A program made the position numbers and the translations under genes. A model generated the notes under the pieces. That model had not been told where the DNA came from and searched no databases. It saw only the letters and a program-made list of their open reading frames with translations. Positions 8,589 through 17,883 of a stretch of 64,000 nucleotides of DNA are shown piece after piece (position 1 is the first letter of the stretch; each line of letters starts with the position of its first letter). This DNA comes from Candidatus Uhrbacteria bacterium RIFCSPHIGHO2_02_FULL_46_47 (lineage in GTDB: Bacteria; Patescibacteriota; Patescibacteriia; GWA2-47-26), in assembly GCA_001790815.1 (NCBI GenBank), contig MGDU01000018.1, positions 788-64,787 on the forward strand, written 5' to 3'.

Positions 8589-9385
8589 AATTCCATACCG
8601 GCAGCTTTCCATGCTAATTCAAAAATACTCCGATGCGTATCCGCAATTACCGCGCTTTCAATAATAACACCAACCAATTCTTCTTCTTTTAAGGACATAA
8701 TGGCCACCTTATTACCGTATATATTGATCTCCGTTTTAAAAATGAATTCATCCGGGGGTAAAAATCGCGTTTGCGGAATGGCCACTGGGTTAGCTCCGGT
8801 ATAATATCGCGCGTTAAATTTACGAGCAAGCGGCGTATCAGCAGTGATACCGCGCAGTGGAATCCCCAGTTCTGCCCGGCGTTTAGTATAGCTTTTCATA
8901 TAATCTCCAAACACATTTACTAAATCATCAAGAGAAGTAAAATCTAAAATTTCTTTAGGACGACTTGTCAGTGTGTCTTCAAAAATTGTTTTGATCCCTT
9001 CCACTCCTTCATAAAAACGAACGCGGGGCTTGGCCGGTGTTGCACTATATAATAAATTCAATTCCGGAAGCAATAATTCCAGCGCGGTTTTCTTGCTTTC
9101 CAGTTGAGACATTATCGTAGAGGGATTTTCCGCAATAAAAATTTGCTTTTTACCTTCAATAGCGCGACTCACCAGTCCGTCCGCTTCCAGGCCTTGTAGC
9201 ACACTGTACACCGTAGTGCGCTTGATCCTTGCCGCTTTGGCAACCATCTGCACCGGCGCTTTTCCCATTTGCAAAAGTGCGACATATACCGCCGCGCGCT
9301 TTTTATCAAAGCCAAACTGAAGCAAATCCCGCTCTAGTCCTAATTTTGTGGAGTGCTTAAGCATAGTGAGTGTCCAAGTTTCCAA
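8585..9385 (-). CDS. TrmB-family transcriptional regulator
   Basis: N-terminal wHTH (…AAVYVALLQMGKAPVQMVAKAARIKRTTVYSVLQGLEADGLV…). Confidence 0.7.
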   Translation of the reverse strand: METWTLTMLKHSTKLGLERDLLQFGFDKKRAAVYVALLQMGKAPVQMVAKAARIKRTTVYSVLQGLEADGLVSRAIEGKKQIFIAENPSTIMSQLESKKTALELLLPELNLLYSATPAKPRVRFYEGVEGIKTIFEDTLTSRPKEILDFTSLDDLVNVFGDYMKSYTKRRAELGIPLRGITADTPLARKFNARYYTGANPVAIPQTRFLPPDEFIFKTEINIYGNKVAIMSLKEEELVGVIIESAVIADTHRSIFELAWKAAGMEL

Positions 9386-9450
9386 ACATATACATGATAC
9401 TATGCTAAAAATATGTTGTCAAATTTGGTCAAAAAAATGACGAAAACTAT

Positions 9451-9480
9451 TGACAATACTTATATATGCGGGGTATGATT
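9451..9480 (+). promoter_or_regulatory. sigma70-type promoter TTGACA-18-TATGAT for the small membrane-protein pair, divergent from the TrmB regulator
   Basis: 'ttgacaatacttatatatgcggggtatgat'. Confidence 0.45.
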
Positions 9481-9531
9481 TTCTATAGAAAGAGTTGCTC
9501 CTTGACAACAACAAACAAGGAGGAGGAGAAA

Positions 9532-9738
9532 ATGAAACATCTCACTGTGGCATTCTACGGCATTGCTCCTCTGCTACTTCAGGGCTGCTACGCCATGGAC
9601 AACGACGGCATGAAATTTGATGATGATTTTGCCGAATTATGCGGATGGCTGGGGATCATCATGTTCTGTATCGCCGTGTTCGGAAAAAGCAAAAGCGGCG
9701 GACTTGCATTCGCAGGGGTGATTCTCATCCTGGCCTAG
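9532..9738 (+). CDS. small lipoprotein-like protein (68 aa; signal peptide with LLQGC lipobox) with a strong SD, GC-rich
   Basis: SD 'aaggaggaggag' 6 nt upstream of the ATG; start at an internal Met of the track ORF. Confidence 0.5.
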   Translation: MKHLTVAFYGIAPLLLQGCYAMDNDGMKFDDDFAELCGWLGIIMFCIAVFGKSKSGGLAFAGVILILA

Positions 9739-9781
9739 GTTCCCGCCGCAAACAACCTACTCCACACCAAAGGAGGACTCC

Positions 9782-10063
9782 GTGCCGACGAAACACGAAC
9801 TGAACTATGTCGGAGCTGTAACGGCCTTGATCGGCAGCCACGCCGGAATGTTCATCGGGATGGTGGCGCTATTCGATGCCGCCAGGAAAATCGCTCGCGG
9901 AGCACCTGCCGCCGCAACTCTGGATGATATGGCTTGGCCATTCATCTACATGGGATTCATGCTCAGCGCAGTATGCGTGGGCTACCTGGGACTGACCATT
10001 GGCAAAATCATCTGCCACCTCGACTCGTGTCACCTCGACACGCTCCCTCACGACGAAAGATGA
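9782..10063 (+). CDS. small membrane protein (93 aa), GTG start with SD 'aaaggagga'; GC-rich
   Basis: Two hydrophobic helices; SD present. Confidence 0.5.
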   Translation: MPTKHELNYVGAVTALIGSHAGMFIGMVALFDAARKIARGAPAAATLDDMAWPFIYMGFMLSAVCVGYLGLTIGKIICHLDSCHLDTLPHDER

Positions 10064-10278
10064 TCTGCTTCTACTCGTACACCCCATTACGAGGAGGTTC
10101 GCAATCAGTGGACGGCTGAAGCGGAAGCAAAAAACCTATGCGAACGCGATGAGCCGGGGGCTACTTGCAGGCAGTGCGACTGCGCGAGATAGTCCCCGCA
10201 CTCCGTTCCACCGCGTCCGTGCGCGCATCCCTCGCCTTCCGCTCCAGCGAGATTCGCGCCACGGCGCTTTTTTTATTT

Positions 10279-10390
10279 ACTCCCTCACCCTACCCTCTCC
10301 CGCGGGGAGAGGAAAAATCAGGAAAATCCATTTATATACCCTCTACCTCTGGGAGAGGGTGCTCCGACCGCGGTCGGAGCGGGTGAGGGT
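10279..10390. repeat. composite GEGEG palindromic element (two modules, including 'gtgctccgaccgcggtcggagcgggtgaggg') flanking the DUF559 gene
   Basis: Read directly. Confidence 0.8.
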
Positions 10391-10392
10391 TA

Positions 10393-10737
10393 CTATTTAC
10401 GAAGTTCCGTAAGTATAGTCTCGAGCACAACTTCCGTTTCTCGTACCGCAGTATCTGCACCAAATCGGATGACTCTATACCCATGATTTTCTAAATATCG
10501 CGTTCGTGTAGCATCTTTTTTAACCCTGGCTCCATGTTGACTCCCATCGATCTCAACAATCATACACATTTCTTCACAACAAAAATCCGTAGTATATGGT
10601 CCTACTGGATGCTGGCGCCTAAACTTATAACCGCCTAGTTGTCTATTGCGAATAAAATACCATAACTTATTTTCAGCATCCGTCGCATTATGGCGAAGCG
10701 TGCGAGCGCGTTTGATGGTTTCCATATACCCCCTCAC
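10393..10737 (-). CDS. DUF559 endonuclease-domain protein (Vsr-like fold)
   Basis: …ENKLWYFIRNRQLGGYKFRRQHPVGPYTTDFCCEEMCMIVEIDGSQH… typical of DUF559. Confidence 0.8.
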   Translation of the reverse strand: MRGYMETIKRARTLRHNATDAENKLWYFIRNRQLGGYKFRRQHPVGPYTTDFCCEEMCMIVEIDGSQHGARVKKDATRTRYLENHGYRVIRFGADTAVRETEVVLETILTELRK

Positions 10738-10778
10738 CTATCCTTCGGCCATCCTCTCCCGCGGGGAGAGGAACTAAA
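10733..10778. repeat. GEGEG element copy (intergenic, other flank of the DUF559 gene)
   Basis: ccccctcacctatccttcggccatcctctcccgcggggagagg. Confidence 0.75.
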
Positions 10779-10787
10779 ATAGTGAAT

Positions 10788-10958
10788 TTATTTGATAAAT
10801 TGTTTCCTCTTCAAAATCTTTAAAATACCACTACCGCACTTTTCACATAGCAACAAATCTTTGAGTAATCCCCATTTTCCACTACCAATACTCACTGCCT
10901 TTTCTTTTGCATTCTGATCTAATTCCTTCTTACAGCTATCGCACTTATACACAAACAT
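10788..10958 (-). CDS. small zinc-ribbon protein (CxxC…CxxC; MFVYKCDSCKKEL…CEKCGSG…)
   Basis: Internal Met of ORF 10788..11141; the upstream part of that ORF is repeat-derived. Confidence 0.4.
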   Translation of the reverse strand: MFVYKCDSCKKELDQNAKEKAVSIGSGKWGLLKDLLLCEKCGSGILKILKRKQFIK

Positions 10959-10998
10959 ATATGGCAGAACTTTAAGCGGGGCGTAAAGCCCCGCATGT

Positions 10999-11032
10999 AC
11001 CCTCACCCTACCCTCTCCCATGGGGAGAGGAA
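10999..11032. repeat. GEGEG element copy between the zinc-ribbon gene and the end of nrdJ
   Basis: ccctcaccctaccctctcccatggggagagg. Confidence 0.75.
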
Positions 11033-11043
11033 TTGGAAAGGGT

Positions 11044-13551
11044 TTACCCGCATCTTGAAAACCCGCAGGCGCCGCATTTGGCGCAACCCTCCTGAAAGGC
11101 CAGCACGCCTCCGCAATCCGGGCAGGCCGGCGCAAAACCATTATCCAGCATGCTCTCGGTTCCTTTTTCCAGTGTAAGTTTTACCGGCTGGGCAAGTTTT
11201 TCATCCGAAACCCCCCATTGCAAATCCAATCTGCTTTGCGAGGATTTCATATGCTTTTCCAAAATCTGCGCAATGGCATCTGGCAACGACAGAATCATCT
11301 CGCCCTTGTACCAAATTGGCTGTGGATCGCGAATGCCTTTAATCTGGCGAATTACTGAATCAATATGCACGCCGCTTCTCAAGGAAAGCGAAATCATGCG
11401 GCAGATTGCCTCAAGATTGGCGGCAAAAAATCCACCGGCCTTGCCCATTTGCGAAAATACTTCAAAAGGACCTTGGTCATCTTCATTTATCGTAATATAA
11501 AGATTACCATAGGCGGTCTTGAGCTTATAGGTCGTACCGCGCAGGATTTCCGGACGCGGACGCGGCTCCAAAACATTTATCGTCTGCGCCGTGGCCGTAG
11601 CGCCATCTGTGGCCTGGCCACTATTGACCGTGGCCTGGCCACGATTAGTTTCTGTTTTCTGATCTTTTCTATTATTCAAATTCAAAACCTGCTCCTCGCG
11701 GCTTCCGTCACGATAAACTGTGCCTCCTTTGCATCCAAGCTCCCAAGCCAACATATAACCGGCCCGCACATCTTCACGCGTCGCGCTATTAGGAAAATTA
11801 ATTGTCTTTGAAATTGAATTGTCCGTATGTTTTTGAAACGCGGCTTGCATTAGAATATGATCTTGGGCCGAGATATCCATGGCGGTCACAAAAGTTTTCC
11901 GCAAATCCTCTGGCAATTCAGTGCGGTGCGCAATGGTGCCGGTTGCTGTCACATCCTCAACAAGCTCATCCGAGTATACTCCGCGCTCACGCAAAGCATT
12001 AACCAAATAAGGATTTACATAATTCAAACTATCCCCTCCCATGATATTTTCTTTTTTGTAAGCCAGAGCAAAGAATGGTTCAACACCTGAAGAACACTCA
12101 AAAAACATAGAGATGGAACCAGTGGGAGCAACGGTCGTGAGCGCGGCATTACGTTGAAGTCTATTTTGACCCTGCGGTCCAAAAATACTCTTTTCCCAAT
12201 TGGGAAACACACTTTTTGTACGCGCCAAATCCTCTGAAGTATCATGCGCCGCGTCATTAACAACCTTCATAACACGCTGTGCGGTTGTCAATCCTGCTTC
12301 GCTATTGTAGGGCACATTCATCTGATAAAGCAGGTCGGCAAAACCCATAATACCAAGACCCACCCGGCGATTGTCGCGAAAACGCGAATTGACTTTTTCA
12401 ACCGGAAAGTCAGAAATATCAATTACATTGTCCAGCATGCGCGTGGCAATCGCGGTCGTGTAGCGCAAATGTTCCTCGTCAATTTTTCCGTCTTTTATAA
12501 ATTTTGCAAGATTGATTGATCCTAAATTGCACACATCGCCATCATGTAAAAACTGTTCACCGCATGGATTTGTCGCTTCCAGCCGTCCCAAATGCGGCAC
12601 GGGATTAGTGCGGTTTGCCGCGTCCGGAAACAGCACGCCCGGCTCGCCGTTTTGCCAAGCTGATTCCACTATTTTATCCATAAGCTCGCGCGCGGTAAGC
12701 GTTACGTCCTCATGCCCCGCATAAGCGCCCCGACTATTTCTCTGAATACGTCGCGGTTTCATTTTCTTTCCTTTCCACTCGCACAGCCACGGCTCTTTGG
12801 AATCCGCGCGCACCTGCTTCATAAATTCGTCTGTCATTCCCACGGATACATTAAAATTCACAATCGTGCCTTCTTTGCGTTTGCAATCTATAAATTCCAA
12901 AATATCCGGATGATCAACGCGCATAACGCCCATATTCGCGCCGTGTCTATTTTGTTGCTTAATCACTCCAAAGGCGGTATTGTAGGCATGCAAAAATGAA
13001 ACTGGTCCGGAGGCTTGCCCGCGGGAAGCCACGGTCATGGTTCCGGCTGGACGAAGCAAATGCCAAGCAAATCCCAGACCTGATCCGGCTTGTTGTAAAA
13101 GCGAGGCATCGCGAAGCGTTGAAAAAATTCCATCCATGCTGTCGTCAAAATGAAGCACGATGCAATTAGCTACCACGCGCGTTGGACCGCCGGCATTGGT
13201 AATTGTGCGTCCAGCTGGCGTAAATTCAAATCGGCTAAGTACTCCGTAAAATTCATTTTCCCAAAATTTCACTTCTTCTTCTGTCGCGCCGTAAGCGCGT
13301 TCCACCTCCGCAAGCGCCCGGGCAATGCGAGAAAACATGCCTTTTGGCGTCTCCACCACTTCCCCCTGCTCATTGCGTACAAGATAACGTTTCTCAATAA
13401 CGCGAATGGCGTTATCGGTAAAACCCAGCTCGCGCCCATCGCGCCAGATCTCCTCTTTGGTTACTGGCTTGGCATTTTGCACTAAATTAACAATGTTTTG
13501 TTTGGAAACTGACGCGGAAACGGATGGCGACATAAAGTGAAAAAAATACAC
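11044..13551 (-). CDS. nrdJ: adenosylcobalamin-dependent (class II) ribonucleotide reductase, with a C-terminal Cys cluster and an in-frame tandem-repeat insertion (QATVNSGQATDGATATAQ)
   Basis: …ATNPCGEQ…, …TYKLKTAYGNLYITINEDDQGPFEVFSQMGKAGG…; 835 aa. Confidence 0.9.
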   Translation of the reverse strand: MYFFHFMSPSVSASVSKQNIVNLVQNAKPVTKEEIWRDGRELGFTDNAIRVIEKRYLVRNEQGEVVETPKGMFSRIARALAEVERAYGATEEEVKFWENEFYGVLSRFEFTPAGRTITNAGGPTRVVANCIVLHFDDSMDGIFSTLRDASLLQQAGSGLGFAWHLLRPAGTMTVASRGQASGPVSFLHAYNTAFGVIKQQNRHGANMGVMRVDHPDILEFIDCKRKEGTIVNFNVSVGMTDEFMKQVRADSKEPWLCEWKGKKMKPRRIQRNSRGAYAGHEDVTLTARELMDKIVESAWQNGEPGVLFPDAANRTNPVPHLGRLEATNPCGEQFLHDGDVCNLGSINLAKFIKDGKIDEEHLRYTTAIATRMLDNVIDISDFPVEKVNSRFRDNRRVGLGIMGFADLLYQMNVPYNSEAGLTTAQRVMKVVNDAAHDTSEDLARTKSVFPNWEKSIFGPQGQNRLQRNAALTTVAPTGSISMFFECSSGVEPFFALAYKKENIMGGDSLNYVNPYLVNALRERGVYSDELVEDVTATGTIAHRTELPEDLRKTFVTAMDISAQDHILMQAAFQKHTDNSISKTINFPNSATREDVRAGYMLAWELGCKGGTVYRDGSREEQVLNLNNRKDQKTETNRGQATVNSGQATDGATATAQTINVLEPRPRPEILRGTTYKLKTAYGNLYITINEDDQGPFEVFSQMGKAGGFFAANLEAICRMISLSLRSGVHIDSVIRQIKGIRDPQPIWYKGEMILSLPDAIAQILEKHMKSSQSRLDLQWGVSDEKLAQPVKLTLEKGTESMLDNGFAPACPDCGGVLAFQEGCAKCGACGFSRCG

Positions 13552-13639
13552 CCCCTTGGAGAGTTAATTAGTACTTCGTTTACTCATTGTACGCCACCCC
13601 CTCCATAGTGTGTCAAATATCAAAAAATCCCCTGCAAAT

Positions 13640-13675
13640 GCGGGGGATTTTTCACAAAGTGTCGCAAAAATTTTC
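13640..13675. terminator. bidirectional rho-independent terminator (aaaaaatcccctgcaaatgcgggggatttttc)
   Basis: GC stem flanked by A-run and T-run. Confidence 0.55.
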
Positions 13676-13709
13676 TGCGCTGTGGATAACGTCATGTGCA
13701 AAACTACTC

Positions 13710-13940
13710 TCACACTCCAGGACGGATCTGATCCTTAAATTCATCCCACCGATTTTGAAGTTCTTCGCGAAGTAAATCCCAATCCTCATCATCATGCAGC
13801 TCGCCAAACGGCTTTTTCTCTTCCAGAACTTGTTCAACCAAATCATCCCATGCTTCTTCACCATACGCGCCCTCGGCCTCGGCCCTTGCGCGTACTTCGT
13901 TATAAAGTTGCTCTGGATTAAATGCTGTGTACTCTACCAT
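13710..13940 (-). CDS. small acidic hypothetical protein downstream of ftsZ
   Basis: ORF track; gene spacing consistent with the ftsAZ operon. Confidence 0.45.
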   Translation of the reverse strand: MVEYTAFNPEQLYNEVRARAEAEGAYGEEAWDDLVEQVLEEKKPFGELHDDEDWDLLREELQNRWDEFKDQIRPGV

Positions 13941-13945
13941 ATTTT

Positions 13946-15136
13946 TTATGATCCGAGTTTGCGGCGAATAAAGGCGGGAATTTCCAAGTCTTCGTCATCG
14001 GTTGGCGCGGCGGCTTTAACTGGCGCGGCTTTGGCTTCTTCGCGCTTGAGCGGTTTTACCTCAAAAGTTTTTGCGGCTTGTTTTTCTTCTTTACGAAACG
14101 GCTTTGGGGAGGGAGGCGTATAGCGAGAAGGTGGCGGGGCAGCGGAGACCGAGCGCATGCCTACAAATGGCGAGGGCTGATTGCTTGGCATAAATCCGGT
14201 GGCTATAACCGTAACCTTCATCTCATCCTTAAGTCCTTCATCTAAGACCGCGCCAAAAATCACTTTTGCGGACGGATCAGCATTGCCGGTAATAAGTTTT
14301 GCGGCCTCATTAACTTCATGCATACTCATTGAGGTTCCGCCAGAGACGGTAAAGAGCACGCCTTTCGCGCCGTCAATTGATATATCAAGAAGCGGAGAGG
14401 CCACCGCGGCTTTCGCGGCCTCGGAGGCACGATTCTCGCCTTGCGCCCGCCCAATACCCATCAGCGCTGAACCGGAGTGCGACATAATGGCTTTTACATC
14501 AGCAAAGTCCACATTAATCAGCCCGGGAATGGTAATCAATTCGGAAATTCCCTGCACGCCTTGGCGAAGCACGTCATCAACCGTATCAAATGCCTCCAGC
14601 AAAGATGTTTTTTTATCAACAATTTGCAAAACTCGATCATTGGGAATTGTAATAATAGTATCCACTTTATCAATAAGTTCGTCATGCGCGCGCTCGGCAA
14701 TTTCACGACGCCCCGCACCCTCAAAGGTAAACGGTTTTGTAACAACCGCAACCGTAAGCGCTCCGGCGTCGCGGGCAAGCTCAGCAACCACCGGAGCCGC
14801 TCCGCTTCCTGTGCCGCCCCCCAGTCCGCAAGTAATAAAAATCATATCCGCGCCTTTAAGAGCGTCGCGAATTTCATTTTGCGATTCTTCAGCCGCGCGC
14901 CGCCCAATTTCCGGATCCATACCGGCACCCAGTCCCCGCGTTACGGTCTTGCCCAATTGCATCTTGGTGGCGGCAAGGCAATAATGCAGGGCCTGCAAAT
15001 CCGTGTTCATGGCAATAAATTCCACGCCGCGAATTTTGGATTGAATCATGCGATTTAGCGCGCTCCCCCCTGATCCTCCAACACCAACTACTTTGATTTT
15101 TGCAAACGTCTCAATTTCTGGTTTGACTTCTGGCAT
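13946..15136 (-). CDS. ftsZ: cell division GTPase FtsZ
   Basis: GVGGSGGSALNRM…, GGGTGSGAAP tubulin signature. Confidence 0.97.
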   Translation of the reverse strand: MPEVKPEIETFAKIKVVGVGGSGGSALNRMIQSKIRGVEFIAMNTDLQALHYCLAATKMQLGKTVTRGLGAGMDPEIGRRAAEESQNEIRDALKGADMIFITCGLGGGTGSGAAPVVAELARDAGALTVAVVTKPFTFEGAGRREIAERAHDELIDKVDTIITIPNDRVLQIVDKKTSLLEAFDTVDDVLRQGVQGISELITIPGLINVDFADVKAIMSHSGSALMGIGRAQGENRASEAAKAAVASPLLDISIDGAKGVLFTVSGGTSMSMHEVNEAAKLITGNADPSAKVIFGAVLDEGLKDEMKVTVIATGFMPSNQPSPFVGMRSVSAAPPPSRYTPPSPKPFRKEEKQAAKTFEVKPLKREEAKAAPVKAAAPTDDEDLEIPAFIRRKLGS

Positions 15137-15137
15137 A

Positions 15138-16391
15138 TTAAGGAATTAAAGACTTAAATAATTTTCTAAGTCCTCCTGTTACGCGGCTAAGACCTTTTAA
15201 ATTGATCATTCGAGAAAGTTTTCCACCGCCGCCTTTGCGCTCCATTTCCGCTCCCCAAACAGTCAGTCCTACCGCGGTTGCAAAAGAAAGGTCGCTTACA
15301 CGGTCAAGAGTTGACGATACTCCGCCCGGATAACCCAAAGAAGCCGGCAAGCGCAATTTTTCTTTGGCCAGCTCAATAAGCCCGGAAAGTTTCGCGCCGC
15401 CTCCGGTAAATACAACGCCGGAGGGAAGCATTCCGGAGCGTCCGATTTTTTTAAGCTCACGGTCAAGTTTTTCAAAAACCTCTTCCATCCGCGCCTGAAT
15501 AATTTCTGCCACGTATTTTCGCGACACAGTTTCCTGCTCGCCCCCGATTTCCTCAAGATTAATCTCTTCTTTCTTGTTAAGTTCTTTGGGAATCGCGGTT
15601 CCATACTCGATCTTCACTCTCTCCGCCACGTCAATTGAGGTTCTAAGTCCAATCGCGATATCCGCGGTTACATGATCTCCTCCAATCGGAATAATGCCGG
15701 TGGTAAGCAGATCTCCTTCTTCAAATACCGCGTAACCTGTTGTTGAACCTCCAATATTTACAACCGCGACTCCCAATTCTTTTTGGCGCGCGGAAGTTAC
15801 CGTCTCCGCGGTTGCCAGAACCGAAAGTACTAGATCTTCAATGTCAAATCCTGTGCGATAGATGCACTTTGTCAAATTCTTGATCTGTGAGGAAAGTCCT
15901 TGAATAATCTGCGCGTCAACCTCCAAACGAATGCCGGTCATACCAACAGGATCTTTAATTCCCGATTGTCCGTCAACCGTAAAACTTTTTGGAATCACAT
16001 GCAAAATTTCGTAGTTCAAAGGAGTGGCCACCGTGCGCGCGGCTTCAATGGCGCGTTCCACATCTTCCTCGGTAATTTCTCCATTTGGTTTTCCCACTGC
16101 CACAACTCCCCGCGATTCCTCAGTCAAAATATGGAGTCCGGAAATGCCTACCCAAGCCCGCTCAAGCGGCGCTCCCAGCATGCGCTCCGCCTTCTCCACG
16201 CAGGAAGACACTGCCGCGGTTGCATCTTCAATTGAAGAAATAACCCCTTTTGAAATACCCGAGGCCGGAACTTCGGAGACGCCGACGATTTGCAGCTCCG
16301 TCTCAGCTCCTGTGGGAACAATTTGTCCCACAGCAAGACGTACTGCAGTTGATCCGATATCAAGTCCGACAACGAAAGGCTCTTGAGGCAT
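15138..16391 (-). CDS. ftsA: cell division protein FtsA
   Basis: Actin-fold motifs; adjacent to ftsZ. Confidence 0.93.
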   Translation of the reverse strand: MPQEPFVVGLDIGSTAVRLAVGQIVPTGAETELQIVGVSEVPASGISKGVISSIEDATAAVSSCVEKAERMLGAPLERAWVGISGLHILTEESRGVVAVGKPNGEITEEDVERAIEAARTVATPLNYEILHVIPKSFTVDGQSGIKDPVGMTGIRLEVDAQIIQGLSSQIKNLTKCIYRTGFDIEDLVLSVLATAETVTSARQKELGVAVVNIGGSTTGYAVFEEGDLLTTGIIPIGGDHVTADIAIGLRTSIDVAERVKIEYGTAIPKELNKKEEINLEEIGGEQETVSRKYVAEIIQARMEEVFEKLDRELKKIGRSGMLPSGVVFTGGGAKLSGLIELAKEKLRLPASLGYPGGVSSTLDRVSDLSFATAVGLTVWGAEMERKGGGGKLSRMINLKGLSRVTGGLRKLFKSLIP

Positions 16392-16456
16392 ACAATTTTC
16401 ACTTTTGGTTTAGTCATCCATCATAAAACAAAAAAACCACTTTGACAAAGCGTCAA

Positions 16457-16477
16457 TGTGGATATATTGAACACAAT
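16457..16477. promoter_or_regulatory. perfect palindrome TTGAACACAAtTTGTGTTCAA upstream of ftsA (candidate operator); a TTGTCA-17-TATGAT promoter candidate lies just downstream on the minus strand
   Basis: Read directly. Confidence 0.35.
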
Positions 16478-16487
16478 TTGTGTTCAA

Positions 16488-16577
16488 CCATGATACGAAT
16501 CTACAAATATTTGCGAATCTACGAATATACTAATTCGCATATTTGTTGATTCGTCATTGATTCGCTGATTCGTATCA
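16488..16577. repeat. long imperfect hairpin 'atgatacgaatc…gattcgtatcat' built from tandem 'attcg' units. Same family as the copy at 49670..49783
   Basis: Ends are exact reverse complements. Confidence 0.7.
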
Positions 16578-16931
16578 TAAAAAATACGGCACGAAGATAA
16601 GCAATCCCACAATCAGCGCACCAAGCGATGCGATGAGCACCGCGCCGGCCATCAAGTCTTTAATCTCCTGCACCATAGGATGAATACGCGGTTTAAATAC
16701 ATCCACAAACCGCTCTAAAATGCTATTTATCAACTCCAAAGTAAGCACTAAAATTATCAGCAGTAAAAGGGCAATCGCTTGCCACAAAGGAAGTTGAAAC
16801 CAAAATATCAACGCGACAATTACAAGCGCCGCCGCAACTTGAATGCGAAAACTTTGCTCGTATTTCCAGGCAATGACAATACCACGGGCGGCATAACGGA
16901 AACTTTGAAATAGACGACGTAGACTTAACAT
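16575..16931 (-). CDS. dgkA: diacylglycerol kinase / undecaprenol kinase (DgkA family)
   Basis: 118-aa three-TM protein with the DgkA pattern. Confidence 0.8.
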   Translation of the reverse strand: MLSLRRLFQSFRYAARGIVIAWKYEQSFRIQVAAALVIVALIFWFQLPLWQAIALLLLIILVLTLELINSILERFVDVFKPRIHPMVQEIKDLMAGAVLIASLGALIVGLLIFVPYFL

Positions 16932-17438
16932 AAATTCACCTAATTCATCTAATTCCTAATTCACCTAATAAAAATTAAAAGGAAAAATTCATAAATTATT
17001 GTTGAATACCCTTCCTGTTTTCCGTTTCTTTCGCTCGTTTAATGATAGTCATAAATATAAGATTAAGCTCGTGTGCTTCTTTCCAGAGTCTTCTCGCTTC
17101 AGAGGTGAATTCCGGACATGCTTTGGATACCATGCGCAGAAAATGCTTTGATTCTTTTGCTTCTTTATTGGCAATAGCCATTTTGTGGATGAAATCTTTA
17201 TTGCTTTCTGCACAATCCGCCTCACAGTAGTTTGCACCTATTGCCGTCGTACATCCTATCAACTGGGGGATAATACGTTTTGTAATCTCATCTTTGGGCA
17301 ATTGCCTGCAAAATACAATCGCATCTTCACCGAATTTAGCCGTTCTTTCTTCTAAATCATAGTGCTTTTTACTTTCCTCCTTTGGCATTTGGTATTTTAT
17401 TAGGTGAATTAGGTGAATTGTAATTTAGGTGAATTTTC
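16926..17438. mobile_element. hairpin-flanked cassette carrying a four-helix-bundle (23S rRNA IVS-type) protein gene. Inverted repeats aattcacctaattcatctaattcctaattcacctaat / ttaggtgaattaggtgaattgtaatttaggtgaatt
   Basis: IRs read directly; inserted between ybeY and dgkA. Confidence 0.6.
16996..17388 (-). CDS. four-helix-bundle protein (TIGR02436, 23S rRNA intervening-sequence protein family)
   Basis: …ERTAKFGEDAIVFCRQLPK…IGANYCEADCAESNKDFIHKMAIANKEAKESKHFL…. Confidence 0.85.
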   Translation of the reverse strand: MPKEESKKHYDLEERTAKFGEDAIVFCRQLPKDEITKRIIPQLIGCTTAIGANYCEADCAESNKDFIHKMAIANKEAKESKHFLRMVSKACPEFTSEARRLWKEAHELNLIFMTIIKRAKETENRKGIQQ

Positions 17439-17871
17439 TAAGCACTTTCTCTTCTACCTTTTCCATCTGCTTCGCTTCCTTCTCCTCCTCATGATCATAT
17501 CCTAGCAGATGCAAAAATCCGTGCAAGACAAGACGCGCGATTTCGTAGCGCATAATCCAGCCGTATTTTTTTGCCTCGCGTCTGGCCTCGGGGAAAGAAA
17601 TAAATATATCACCCAGATCCCCCCTCACCCTGCCCTCTCCCCCAGGGAGAGGGGTTGGGGTGAGGGTAGAAAACGACAACACATTCGTCGTCTTGTCTTT
17701 TCCTCTATACTTTTTATTTATTGCGCGCATTTTTTTATCGCCAATAAAACTAATGGATATGGCTACATTGCGCGGACATTGTATTATTTTTACGGCTTGA
17801 TTGACAATCTGTTTCACCGCGCTTTCATATCGCCTTGCCGCTGATACTTCATATCTAACAATGATTTTCAT
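17425..17871 (-). CDS. ybeY: rRNA maturation RNase YbeY with an in-frame GEGEG insertion
   Basis: HGFLHLLGYDHEEE metal motif. Confidence 0.9.
   Translation of the reverse strand: MKIIVRYEVSAARRYESAVKQIVNQAVKIIQCPRNVAISISFIGDKKMRAINKKYRGKDKTTNVLSFSTLTPTPLPGGEGRVRGDLGDIFISFPEARREAKKYGWIMRYEIARLVLHGFLHLLGYDHEEEKEAKQMEKVEEKVLRKFT
17619..17668. repeat. GEGEG element copy inside ybeY (encodes …PTPLPGGEGRVRG…)
   Basis: cccccctcaccctgccctctcccccagggagaggggttggggtgaggg. Confidence 0.8.
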
Positions 17872-17883
17872 GATTCATGATTC

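Noticed and set aside
10061-10170. Possible TGA read-through of the 93-aa membrane protein into an in-frame Cys-rich tail (…CERDEPGATCRQCDCAR)
   Set aside because: There is no in-frame start after the stop. Recoding (UGA=Gly, as in some CPR) is not supported, because all housekeeping genes here are intact under the standard code.
13552-13640. Possible NrdR box or cobalamin riboswitch in the nrdJ leader
   Set aside because: Only a partial acacactatgg half-site is present. The leader is about 60 nt, too short for a cobalamin riboswitch.
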